The position numbers and the translations under genes are program-made. From Candidatus Brocadiia bacterium (lineage in GTDB: Bacteria > Planctomycetota > Brocadiia > CAIUPP01): a stretch of DNA of 64,000 nucleotides. Positions 30,025-38,390 of this stretch are shown in pieces. A model generated the notes under the pieces. The model saw only the letters and a list, made by a program, of their open reading frames with translations, was not told the origin of the DNA and made no database searches. The stretch lies in assembly GCA_050015075.1 (NCBI GenBank), contig JBEKCB010000006.1, positions 121,581 through 185,580 on the forward strand, in the 5' to 3' direction. Every line of letters starts with the position of its first letter. Within the stretch, counting starts at the first letter, position 1.

Positions 30025-31443
30025 CTAACCGTGGAACTCCAATCCGGCGACGTCGGAACGGTCCCTGGCTGAAGCCCGGGCCGACTCGTTCATCAAGGCG
30101 TACTCCCGCACGCGGTTCTCCAAATCCCCGCGCAGGTACCAATGGCAGAATTCCTCGCGCGTGAGGTAGTGCGCCTGGAGCAAGCGCCGGTGCGGGCACC
30201 CGCCCGCGCACTGAGGCAGCACGGGACAGCGGCGGCATTCGTCGTGCTGAAACCAGTCGTAAGCGAGCCACGGGAGCAGGTTGCCGAGTTTGACGCCGCT
30301 CTCAAAAACGGAGCCGTAGGCGCGGTCGCGGATTCCGAGATCCACAGGGCACTTATAGAGGAAGCCGTCGGGCCCGATGACCATGCCCGTGCGCCGGGTG
30401 CTGGTGCAGGCCGCCGGCGGGCGGAGCGAGAGGGTTTCCACCGGCAAGCCGAGGGACGCGGCCTTGGCGCGTTCACGCGCGGTGATGCGGACGTAATCCC
30501 GGGCTTGCAGAAAACCGCGCCGGGACGATGCCGGCCCGCGCTCCTGCCGGGTCACCTTGGAGAAGACGAGCGCCTTCAGCTTCTTCTGCAACCCGCGCCG
30601 CAGCAGGCCTTCGTACAGGGCGTTGAATTCCCTTTCACTGTCGCGGGAGATATTAACACGCAGCTCCACGTCCGCCTGTCCGGCGGCGCAGGCCACGCCG
30701 TCCAACGCCCGCTCCAGCGAGTCGCGCCCGCGCCGGTCCCGTTTCAACGCACGCGGGACGTCCACCGTCACCTGAACGTACCCGACATGGCTCCGCCTGA
30801 GCATGCCCCAGGTCTTGCGGTCCAAGAGGACGCCGTTGGTCAGAAGGCCCATCGAGCAGTCCACGCCGGCTTTCTCGAACGCCGGGGCCAGCAGGGAACT
30901 GACCCGCCGGATGGTTCGCAGACCCAATGCCGGCTCGCCGCCATACCAACTGATGGAGACCTTTTTCTTGCCGCGCGCCTGCCGGGCGACATAGCGAACG
31001 ACGGCATCCTCGGTTCGCCGGTCCATGGCCTTCAAGGGCTGGAGGGTGCGGTCGGGCCGCACGAAACAATAACTGCACCGCAGGTTGCACGCGAGCGTGG
31101 GAGCGATGTAAACGGTGAGCGAGTCCTCCGCGCAACGGCTCATTTCGTAGTGAAGCCGGAGGACATCGAGTTCATCAACGTCCTTGGCCACCAGGAAGTT
31201 CTTGCCGTGCAGGAGGCGCGCGGTCCGGCCCGGCAGCCGCCCGCGCGGGGAATACTCGGCGCCGGCTTGAAGGAAGCCGCGCCACGTCGCGGTGTTTACG
31301 GTAGCCAGGGAAGTCGAGAATGTGTTGAAGACCGCCTTGCGTCCATCCGGCAGGTCCGCGGCGACGTTGAAACGCGACGGCACCCACGTCTCCGCGGAGA
31401 GCGAACGAGTCGTCGCGCAGTCCGCCCGTAAAGGCGCTCTCAA
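30025..31443 (-). CDS. Radical SAM/SPASM domain peptide maturase (paralog A)
   Basis: CNLRCSYC, WYGGEP; SPASM cysteines ACTS...YKC...ECRRCPVLPQCAGGCP...FC; TTG start overlaps the precursor stop. Confidence 0.92.
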   Translation of the reverse strand: MRAPLRADCATTRSLSAETWVPSRFNVAADLPDGRKAVFNTFSTSLATVNTATWRGFLQAGAEYSPRGRLPGRTARLLHGKNFLVAKDVDELDVLRLHYEMSRCAEDSLTVYIAPTLACNLRCSYCFVRPDRTLQPLKAMDRRTEDAVVRYVARQARGKKKVSISWYGGEPALGLRTIRRVSSLLAPAFEKAGVDCSMGLLTNGVLLDRKTWGMLRRSHVGYVQVTVDVPRALKRDRRGRDSLERALDGVACAAGQADVELRVNISRDSEREFNALYEGLLRRGLQKKLKALVFSKVTRQERGPASSRRGFLQARDYVRITARERAKAASLGLPVETLSLRPPAACTSTRRTGMVIGPDGFLYKCPVDLGIRDRAYGSVFESGVKLGNLLPWLAYDWFQHDECRRCPVLPQCAGGCPHRRLLQAHYLTREEFCHWYLRGDLENRVREYALMNESARASARDRSDVAGLEFHG

Positions 31444-31697
31444 CCTCTCACCCCGGCGATCGCGACGATCCTGGCGTTACAGCAGCAGTCGGAACACTCG
31501 CCCCAGCACTGGCCGGAGACTTCTCCCTTGCTGGACCCCATCAGCAGTTTCATCACTGCGGCGCGCGAGACCTCTGCCTTGCCCGTGAGCGAGGAGGGCT
31601 TCGGGAAGACCAGGGTCAGTTGGTTCGAGCCGTCCGCGATCACCCTGACGCTCTGCTTCTTGCTCTTGGCCGCCTTCTTCGCCGCTTTCTTCGCCAT
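31440..31697 (-). CDS. Putative Cys-rich RiPP precursor peptide (85 aa)
   Basis: GGAGGT RBS; MAKKAAKKAAKSKK...EVSGQCWGECSDCCCNARIVAIAGVRG; directly upstream of two rSAM/SPASM genes. Confidence 0.8.
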   Translation of the reverse strand: MAKKAAKKAAKSKKQSVRVIADGSNQLTLVFPKPSSLTGKAEVSRAAVMKLLMGSSKGEVSGQCWGECSDCCCNARIVAIAGVRG

Positions 31698-31770
31698 CGC
31701 CCCGACCTCCACCTGAACCGGAACTTGCCATTATGCCGCCATCGGATGACGACCTGCGATCATGTGACGG

Positions 31771-31799
31771 ATTCTGACACTCGGAATCCTGCTTGTCAA
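31771..31799 (-). promoter_or_regulatory. Promoter/operator copy 1 (RiPP operon)
   Basis: TTGACA-17bp-CAGAAT containing the palindrome ggattctgac-a-ctcggaatcc. Confidence 0.7.
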
Positions 31800-31812
31800 G
31801 CGGGGCGCAATT

Positions 31813-31882
31813 TCGTCCTCGTCCTCGTCGTCCTCGAACAAGAGTTCATCACGACCGAGGACGACGACGAGGACGAGTACGA
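31813..31882. repeat. Intergenic palindromic repeat (TCGTCC/GGACGA units)
   Basis: tcgtcctcgtcctcgtcgtcctcg ... cgaggacgacgacgaggacgagtacga. Confidence 0.65.
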
Positions 31883-31902
31883 TCTACGTCGCGGCGGCGA
31901 TT

Positions 31903-33537
31903 CTATCTGCCGCGCTGGCCGGGGTTTTTCAGTTCTTTTTCGACGGCGGTCGTATAGTAGGTATCGTCGTGCTGCTGCTTCCAGCCGTCAATCGGGGGCA
32001 TGCCGGGGCCGGCGCGGTATTTCGCCCACATTTCATTGACGAATTTCTCCGGGCATGAGCCTTCCTGGCACCAGTCTTCGTCATAACCCGCTCCGGTGGC
32101 GGCTTTGATGGCTTTAGTGGGCGGACCGTCATTCTCGTACATCCAGCGGTCAATGTAGTCGAAGAACGCGTCATGGTTCCAGGTTTTTTCGGCGTGCAGG
32201 AAGTGGAGCGCCAGGACCTGGGCGACCCAGCCGTTGCCGCAGCAGGTGCGGCGGTAGGCTTCGCTGGTCTTCTGGCCCGGTCCCCAGGCGGTCGGCGGCG
32301 TGTGTTCGTAGGGACCCCAGGCATCGTTCGTCCGGACGTAGTCGCGGCCGATCCCGGTGACTTCATCTATGCCGGAGTGGCCGGTGAAGACGACCTTGGC
32401 GCCCGTCCAGGAGTTGCCGTAGGCGGTCTGCTCGTCTTCGCCGAAGCAGGCTTTGGGGCAGAACTTGTTGATATTCGCGAGTTCCTCATCGCCGAGGAGG
32501 ATTCCGGCGAACACGATCGGGAACTTGCGGCCGCTGCCGTGGCCGCCCCAGCAGAACCATCCGGGATGCCCGGCGCGGATGATGCCGCCCAGGTCAATGC
32601 CGACCTGGACGAGGTTGTCGAGAAGCGGCTCCTTTTGCTCGGGCGTGAAGTTGCAGCACAGGAGCACGCCTGCAGCGCCGACGACGCGGCCGATCTCGCG
32701 GCCGTACCACGGCATGTTGTCGGCGGGTTGGTCGTGGCCGAAGAAGCCGGTGTTGACCCACGGACGCTGGGTGTAGCGGATGTACTGCGAGAGCTTCGGC
32801 GTGTCGGCCGGCGCGGCGAGCGAGGGCAACAGCTCACGCTTGAGGTTGCGCGCCAGGAAGATTTTCTGGGTGCGGTCGCAAAACGCGGGGCGGAACGCGT
32901 CGGCCGGCTGCGGCTCGGCGACGCAGGTCAGCACGGCGGCATCCTTGACCGGGCTGGAATCGGTGCCGGGCGCGCCGCGGGATTCATCTTTGGGGTTGAA
33001 ACGGCTCTGCTGCTCCCGCAGCGGCGGCACGAACGGCACATTGCCCATCGGAACGCTGATGGTCGAAACGAGCGAATCGCCCGGCTTCATGGAGACGGGG
33101 AGTTTTTGGATGAGCGCCGGGTCGAACCAGTTGTGGACCACGTCGTCATAGGAGACTTTCCGTGCGGCCGGAGGATTGAGCATGAAGCCATTGCGAATGC
33201 GGTCCTTGACCGGCCTGTCTTTCTCATTCGGGTCAAACTGGTCGGCGGGGATCTCGGCGCCGTAGAGAGGCTTGGGCGTGATCTCGGTGATCGTCACCGG
33301 CCCGACGACGTAAAAGTCGCCATTGACGAATTGTCCTACTCGGGCCGGCTTGTCAAACGTCCAAGTCATGCCGTATTGCGAGACGCTGGTTTTCAGCGGA
33401 AGATCGTCGAGCTTCGGCGCCGCCGGCGCGTTGGCTTTTGTGTAGATGACGGCCGGCTTTTCCTGGCTCCAACATGGAGTCGCCAGGCCCGCGACTGCCG
33501 CGACAGAGAGACCGAGCGCTAAAATCTTTCCGAACAT
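31903..33537 (-). CDS. Secreted hypothetical protein (tandem paralog 1)
   Basis: Signal peptide MFGKILALGLSVAAVAGLATPCWS; GGAGGG RBS; colinear with 33702-35255. Confidence 0.85.
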   Translation of the reverse strand: MFGKILALGLSVAAVAGLATPCWSQEKPAVIYTKANAPAAPKLDDLPLKTSVSQYGMTWTFDKPARVGQFVNGDFYVVGPVTITEITPKPLYGAEIPADQFDPNEKDRPVKDRIRNGFMLNPPAARKVSYDDVVHNWFDPALIQKLPVSMKPGDSLVSTISVPMGNVPFVPPLREQQSRFNPKDESRGAPGTDSSPVKDAAVLTCVAEPQPADAFRPAFCDRTQKIFLARNLKRELLPSLAAPADTPKLSQYIRYTQRPWVNTGFFGHDQPADNMPWYGREIGRVVGAAGVLLCCNFTPEQKEPLLDNLVQVGIDLGGIIRAGHPGWFCWGGHGSGRKFPIVFAGILLGDEELANINKFCPKACFGEDEQTAYGNSWTGAKVVFTGHSGIDEVTGIGRDYVRTNDAWGPYEHTPPTAWGPGQKTSEAYRRTCCGNGWVAQVLALHFLHAEKTWNHDAFFDYIDRWMYENDGPPTKAIKAATGAGYDEDWCQEGSCPEKFVNEMWAKYRAGPGMPPIDGWKQQHDDTYYTTAVEKELKNPGQRGR

Positions 33538-33701
33538 GATATCCCTCCGCTTGGTTCCGCCTCGCATCAGGCCGCCCTCCACACGGCCGGCGGGCAAGCC
33601 GAGGAATTTTTCGGTGAGGCGTCAGCCGGGATCCGCTCTATACCCGCCGTCCAGATTCGCACTCCGGCCGTCGGCGTGTCGGCAGCAATTCATCTCCCAC
33701 A

Positions 33702-35255
33702 TCAAGTGGGCCCTTTGAGTTCCTTTGCAATGGCGGCTTTATAGTAGGCGTCATCGTGCTGCTGCTTCCAGCCATCGGTGGGAGGCATGCCGGGCGCGGC
33801 GCGGTATTTCGCCCACATTTCGTTGACGAAGTTTTCCCAGCATCGGTCTTGTGGGCTAAGCTTTTCGTCTGTCTGGTACATCCACCGGTCCACGTAATCG
33901 AAGAATGGGTCATGGTTCCAGGCCTTTTCGGCGTGGAGAAGGCGGAGGGCGAGCGCTTGGGCGACCCAGCCGTAGCTGGCGGTGTGGCGGTAGCCTTCGC
34001 TGGTCCTCTGGGCTGCTCCCCAGGTGGCGGGCTGGGTATGTTCGTACGGCCCCCAGGCCTGCGGTCCACGCGCGTAATCGCGGCCGATTCCGGTGACTTC
34101 ATCAATGCCGGAGTGGCCGGTGAAGACGACTTTGGCGCCGGTCCAGCAGTCGCCGTAGGCGGTCTGCTCATCTTCACCGAAGCAGGCTTTCGGGAAGGAC
34201 TTGTTGATATTCTCAAGCTCCTCGTCGCCGAGGAGGAAGCCGGCAAAGACGATGGGCAGCTTGCGCCCGATGCCGTGGCCACCCCAGCAATACCATCCGG
34301 GATGACCGGCGCGGATCATGCCGCCGTAGTCTATGCCGACCTGGACGAGATTATCCAGGAGCGGCTCTTTCTGTTTGAGGGTGTAGTTGCAGCACAGGAG
34401 CAGCGCCGCGTCGCCGACGACGCGGCCCACCTCGCGGCCGTAGCCGGGCATGTTGGCATTCGGGTGCTCGAACCCGAAGTAGCAGGTGTTGACCCACGGG
34501 CGCTGGGTGTAGCGGACGTAGTCGGAGAGATTCGGCGCGTCGGCCGGGGCGGCGACGGCGGGCAAGAGCTCGCGCTTGAGATTGCGCGCCAGGTAGATTT
34601 TCTCCGTGCGGTCGCAGAATGCGGGGCGGAACGCGTCGGCCGGCAGCGGCTCGGCGACGCAGGTCAGCACGGCAGCGTCCTTGATCGGGCTGGAATCTTC
34701 GAAGCCCCGGACTCCTTTGTTGCTGGTGTGTTCGATCGCCAGCGGAGGCGAAACGGTCAGCCCCACCGGCATGCTGACCGTAGAGACGAGCGAATCGCCC
34801 GGCTTCATCGAGACCGGGAGTTTCTGGATGAGAGCGGGATCGAAGAAGTTTTTCACGCCGCTGTCGTAGGAGACTTTTCGCTCCGCCGGCGGATTGAGCA
34901 TGAAGCCGTTGCGGATGCGGTCCTTCTCCGGGTGCTTCTTATCGGTCGCGTCGAGCTCGGCGGCGGGGATTTCGGCGCCGTAGAGAGGCTTGGGGGTGAT
35001 CTCGGTGATGGTCACCGCGCCGACGACGTAAAAGTCGCCATTGAGGAACTGTCCGACCCGGACCGGCTTGTCGAACGTCCAGGTCATGCCGTATTGCGAA
35101 AGACTGGCTTTCAAGGGAAGCTCCTCCAGCTTGGGTGCCGCCGGGGCGTTGTCCCTGGTGTAAATGACGGCCGGCTTTTCCTGGCTCCAACATGGAGTCG
35201 CCAGGCACGCGACCACCGCGACAGAGAGACCGGCCGCTAAAACCTTTCCGAACAT
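33702..35255 (-). CDS. Secreted hypothetical protein (tandem paralog 2)
   Basis: Signal peptide; GGAGG RBS; shared GQFxNGDFYVVG, GGHGxGRK and FFDYxDRWM motifs. Confidence 0.85.
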   Translation of the reverse strand: MFGKVLAAGLSVAVVACLATPCWSQEKPAVIYTRDNAPAAPKLEELPLKASLSQYGMTWTFDKPVRVGQFLNGDFYVVGAVTITEITPKPLYGAEIPAAELDATDKKHPEKDRIRNGFMLNPPAERKVSYDSGVKNFFDPALIQKLPVSMKPGDSLVSTVSMPVGLTVSPPLAIEHTSNKGVRGFEDSSPIKDAAVLTCVAEPLPADAFRPAFCDRTEKIYLARNLKRELLPAVAAPADAPNLSDYVRYTQRPWVNTCYFGFEHPNANMPGYGREVGRVVGDAALLLCCNYTLKQKEPLLDNLVQVGIDYGGMIRAGHPGWYCWGGHGIGRKLPIVFAGFLLGDEELENINKSFPKACFGEDEQTAYGDCWTGAKVVFTGHSGIDEVTGIGRDYARGPQAWGPYEHTQPATWGAAQRTSEGYRHTASYGWVAQALALRLLHAEKAWNHDPFFDYVDRWMYQTDEKLSPQDRCWENFVNEMWAKYRAAPGMPPTDGWKQQHDDAYYKAAIAKELKGPT

Positions 35256-35308
35256 GATATTCCTCCATTTTGTTCCACATCGTAAGAAGGTCCGCCGTCA
35301 CGCGCCGC

Positions 35309-35337
35309 ATTCTGACCGGCAGAATCACGCTTGTCAA
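35309..35337 (-). promoter_or_regulatory. Promoter/operator copy 2
   Basis: TTGACA-17bp-CAGAAT containing attctgac-c-ggcagaat. Confidence 0.7.
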
Positions 35338-35342
35338 GCGGC

Positions 35343-36752
35343 CTATTCCCCACGCACATAGACCGGCAGCGGCCCGATCTCCAGGCGAATTTTATCCCCG
35401 GTCACTGCAATCGTCTGCCGGTGCCCCACCATGTCGAAGATTGTCGCGCGTGAGGCCTTCATCGGCAGTTCCACAACTTTCGGCCCTGAGACATTCCACG
35501 CCATGAGCACGGGCGTGGCCGCGGGATCTTCCTTCGGCGCGAAACGATATGCAAAATACCCGTCCTCTCCATCGCTCAAGACGCCGATCAGCCGCGGGCT
35601 GGGCATCAGTTGGATCATCGTCTGGACGGCATGCGCGGAGGGCCTCCAGGAACCGTCGCGCTGGAAGAAACCCGAGTTGAAGTTATCCGTGTCATTGACG
35701 GACATGATGTGCACGCGACGCACCCCGAGGCGCTGCGCGAAAGCGTAGAGCCGGCACACGTAGGCGGCCTGGAGATCAGGATTAACCTGAATCCCGGCCA
35801 TCGCATAAGAACCGCCGTCCTGCTTCGAGATGGGCCACCCGACTTCCGTGTACCAGATCGGGACCTCCGCGCGACCGTGAGAGGCGAGATCGGCGCGAAT
35901 CTCAGCCAGGCTGGCAGCTATGCTGTAACGCCCCCAGGAGCGAACGGAAGTGGCTTCGGGAGCCACAGGTTCTACATAGGGATGCGTGGAAAGAATGTCA
36001 TAGCTGCGAAGCGCGGAGGGGCCGGCTCTGTTGACGCTTTGGATAAAACGGATGTCGCCCGCGGACGCACCGCCTGCGCCGAACCCGACGACGTTCACCT
36101 CCTTCGACCAGTTCTTCGCGGCGGTGTATGCCGCGGGCAGAAGCTTTGCATAGAGGGCAAAACGGGCCGCCTCCAGCTCCGCCTGCGGACGATTATCCGG
36201 CCGGATCAAATACTCGAAATTAGGCTCGTTCCATATTTCGATATTGCGAAGAGGACGGTTGGGAATTTTCGGGTTATCCCGGAAGAGCGTGCCGTTGGGA
36301 CCGTAGCGAGTCAGCAGGGCTGTAATGCTCTGCGCGTAATTTCGAATGAAGGCTTCGTCCTCCTGCGGCGTGGCGTCGAGCTTCTGGGGAGCAGTGCCGG
36401 CGCAGTACATGACCTCGGTGTCATCCTCGGCAAACGCCTGCATCGCCTGATCTGACATGGGCCCGCCGCAGCGGTACGCGCGCCAGCCGACCTTTTTGAT
36501 GGAATCCCGGTACTCGAGATATTCGCCCGCCCACTCGTAAAGGCCGTATATGAGCGGATTGGGTTTTGCCTCGCGGAGGACCTTCTCCAGCGGCGGCATC
36601 GGCGGCGGCTCCCACACCCAGTTGCCCGGAATTTTTGTGGGCTGGCTGATTTCGCCGCGAACTACGGGTTGGGATTCTACCGCACTGGCTTGAAATGAGC
36701 CGGCAAGAAGCGTTGAACAAAGCGCTGCGACAGTCGGCCACGATGCTTTCAT
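35343..36752 (-). CDS. Secreted clan GH-A glycoside hydrolase (GH5/GH39-like)
   Basis: EIWNEPN acid/base, STHPY, IWYTEVGW nucleophile; signal peptide. Confidence 0.8.
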   Translation of the reverse strand: MKASWPTVAALCSTLLAGSFQASAVESQPVVRGEISQPTKIPGNWVWEPPPMPPLEKVLREAKPNPLIYGLYEWAGEYLEYRDSIKKVGWRAYRCGGPMSDQAMQAFAEDDTEVMYCAGTAPQKLDATPQEDEAFIRNYAQSITALLTRYGPNGTLFRDNPKIPNRPLRNIEIWNEPNFEYLIRPDNRPQAELEAARFALYAKLLPAAYTAAKNWSKEVNVVGFGAGGASAGDIRFIQSVNRAGPSALRSYDILSTHPYVEPVAPEATSVRSWGRYSIAASLAEIRADLASHGRAEVPIWYTEVGWPISKQDGGSYAMAGIQVNPDLQAAYVCRLYAFAQRLGVRRVHIMSVNDTDNFNSGFFQRDGSWRPSAHAVQTMIQLMPSPRLIGVLSDGEDGYFAYRFAPKEDPAATPVLMAWNVSGPKVVELPMKASRATIFDMVGHRQTIAVTGDKIRLEIGPLPVYVRGE

Positions 36753-36780
36753 GAAGCATCCTTTCTTCTAATCTCGATTA

Positions 36781-38295
36781 TCACTCGAAGCACCGCAGGA
36801 TCACATCGGCGTAGATTTTATGCCCGTTCTTGCCGGGGTGGTTGAGCCAGTTGTGAAGCTGCGAGAAGGGCGGAATGCCGCGGGAGGCCTGGTTGATGAA
36901 CTCGGTCCAGACGTCCGCCGCAGCGACGTTCTCCTCCTTCGCCACGTCCAGCATGGCCTGGCGGTACGCAGGCCAGCGTTTGAACACATCAGGCTTGAGC
37001 CACGGGTTCGACCGCTCGCCGACGACGATGAGGACCTCCACGCCGGCGGCCTTGGCCTTCCTGACCATGGCGCGCATGTCCTCCTTGAACTGCTCGGGCG
37101 GGTTATTCGGTTTCCCTCCGATGGGCCCCGAGACATCGTTGCCGCCGAAGTCAATGAGCACGACGTCGGCTTTGGCGGGGATGACGGTCTTGTCCATCAC
37201 CTCCAGGCCGTACTTGGTTTGCGTGCCGCCCTGGAAGGCCGCGATGGGCGTGACCATGGCTTTGGGGAACCGCTTTCGCAGCCCCACGACCACGCGGCTC
37301 GGGAAGCCCAGGTTCTTCTCGGTCCAGAGATTGGCCCACCACGCCGGGGTCTCGGCGCCGACGGTGACGCTGGCGCCCATGAAGGCGATCTTGAGGTCCC
37401 CGCCGGCGGCGAGCTTTTTCACGCTCCGCGCGAGGGCCTCCTTATTGACGGGCGCCACCGGCGGCGCGGGCTGGATCGGGAAGATCTCGTACGGCGTTAT
37501 GGCGTATCTGCCGGCGGCCTTAAGCCCGCCGACGGCGTCGTAGTTCGGATTGTCCGCGGCGGTCCAGCCGGCGATGTAGATGCCGGCGAGGCCCATGCAG
37601 CCGGCATCGGGCGCGGGCAGTTCCGGGCAGACGATGCGCGGCGCGCCCTTCTTGACGCTCAGCCGGCCGTCGGGGCCGACCTGGACGAGATCGAGCCGCT
37701 GCGTGGCGTACTTGCAGGCGACCTTCAGTTCGGCTTTGAATTCCTCGCCGAGGCCGCCCTTGAGGTTGGCAATCTGGCCCCATTCGGCGTTGTATTTATA
37801 ATCCTCGTTCATCTTGCAGGTCTTCTTGCCGTCGGCGCTTGTGACGAGGACCGAATCGGCAATGACCTGGCGGAACATGTCGCCGAGGATCATCGTGCCC
37901 TCTTCATCCATAGCGGCGTCCAAGTTGCCATCGCGCGACGGGTCGTTCTCCGCGCCTGCCGGCTCCTTGGCGACGTGGGGCTTCAAGTCTATGGTGTTCA
38001 CACCGCCGGGATGCCCATCCCCGCTCGGCCACGGATCCCAAGGCTCGTACCACGAAGCGAAGTTGCGAGGCGCCTTGGTGTAGAAGCACAGACCGCGGAT
38101 CTCGGGCGGATCGAATTTGAGCTGCGCCGCCTCGAACTTAACGGTTTTGCCGCCGGGCAAGGCCGTCTCGCCTGCCGCGATGCGGACGGTCAGGTCGGGC
38201 GGCTCGGCCGGAGTGATCTTGACCTCCGCCGCCTGGATCGTCGAGGCAAGCAGGGCCGTGAGGAGCGATGCAGAGATGATTTTGCTCCGATCCAT
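36781..38295 (-). CDS. Secreted SGNH/GDSL-type esterase
   Basis: FMGASVTVG block I, FGGND block III, NHPGKNGH block V. Confidence 0.8.
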   Translation of the reverse strand: MDRSKIISASLLTALLASTIQAAEVKITPAEPPDLTVRIAAGETALPGGKTVKFEAAQLKFDPPEIRGLCFYTKAPRNFASWYEPWDPWPSGDGHPGGVNTIDLKPHVAKEPAGAENDPSRDGNLDAAMDEEGTMILGDMFRQVIADSVLVTSADGKKTCKMNEDYKYNAEWGQIANLKGGLGEEFKAELKVACKYATQRLDLVQVGPDGRLSVKKGAPRIVCPELPAPDAGCMGLAGIYIAGWTAADNPNYDAVGGLKAAGRYAITPYEIFPIQPAPPVAPVNKEALARSVKKLAAGGDLKIAFMGASVTVGAETPAWWANLWTEKNLGFPSRVVVGLRKRFPKAMVTPIAAFQGGTQTKYGLEVMDKTVIPAKADVVLIDFGGNDVSGPIGGKPNNPPEQFKEDMRAMVRKAKAAGVEVLIVVGERSNPWLKPDVFKRWPAYRQAMLDVAKEENVAAADVWTEFINQASRGIPPFSQLHNWLNHPGKNGHKIYADVILRCFE

Positions 38296-38390
38296 CGGTT
38301 TGGTTCCTTTCGTGATTACTTCAGTCCTGTCCCGGACCAAGCGAAATATAGCGGATGGGCGCCCGATGCGCTTCTCCGTTTTCCAGCCGT

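Noticed and set aside
29966-30271. N-terminal extension of the second rSAM in the ORF track (possible frameshift fusion of the two rSAMs)
   Set aside because: It overlaps paralog A in another frame; paralog B has its own RBS and ATG at 29965, aligning with A's N-terminus
31813-31882. CRISPR-like repeat (also 44326-44455 and 6550-6615)
   Set aside because: Single palindromes or short tandem units with no repeat-spacer periodicity and no cas genes
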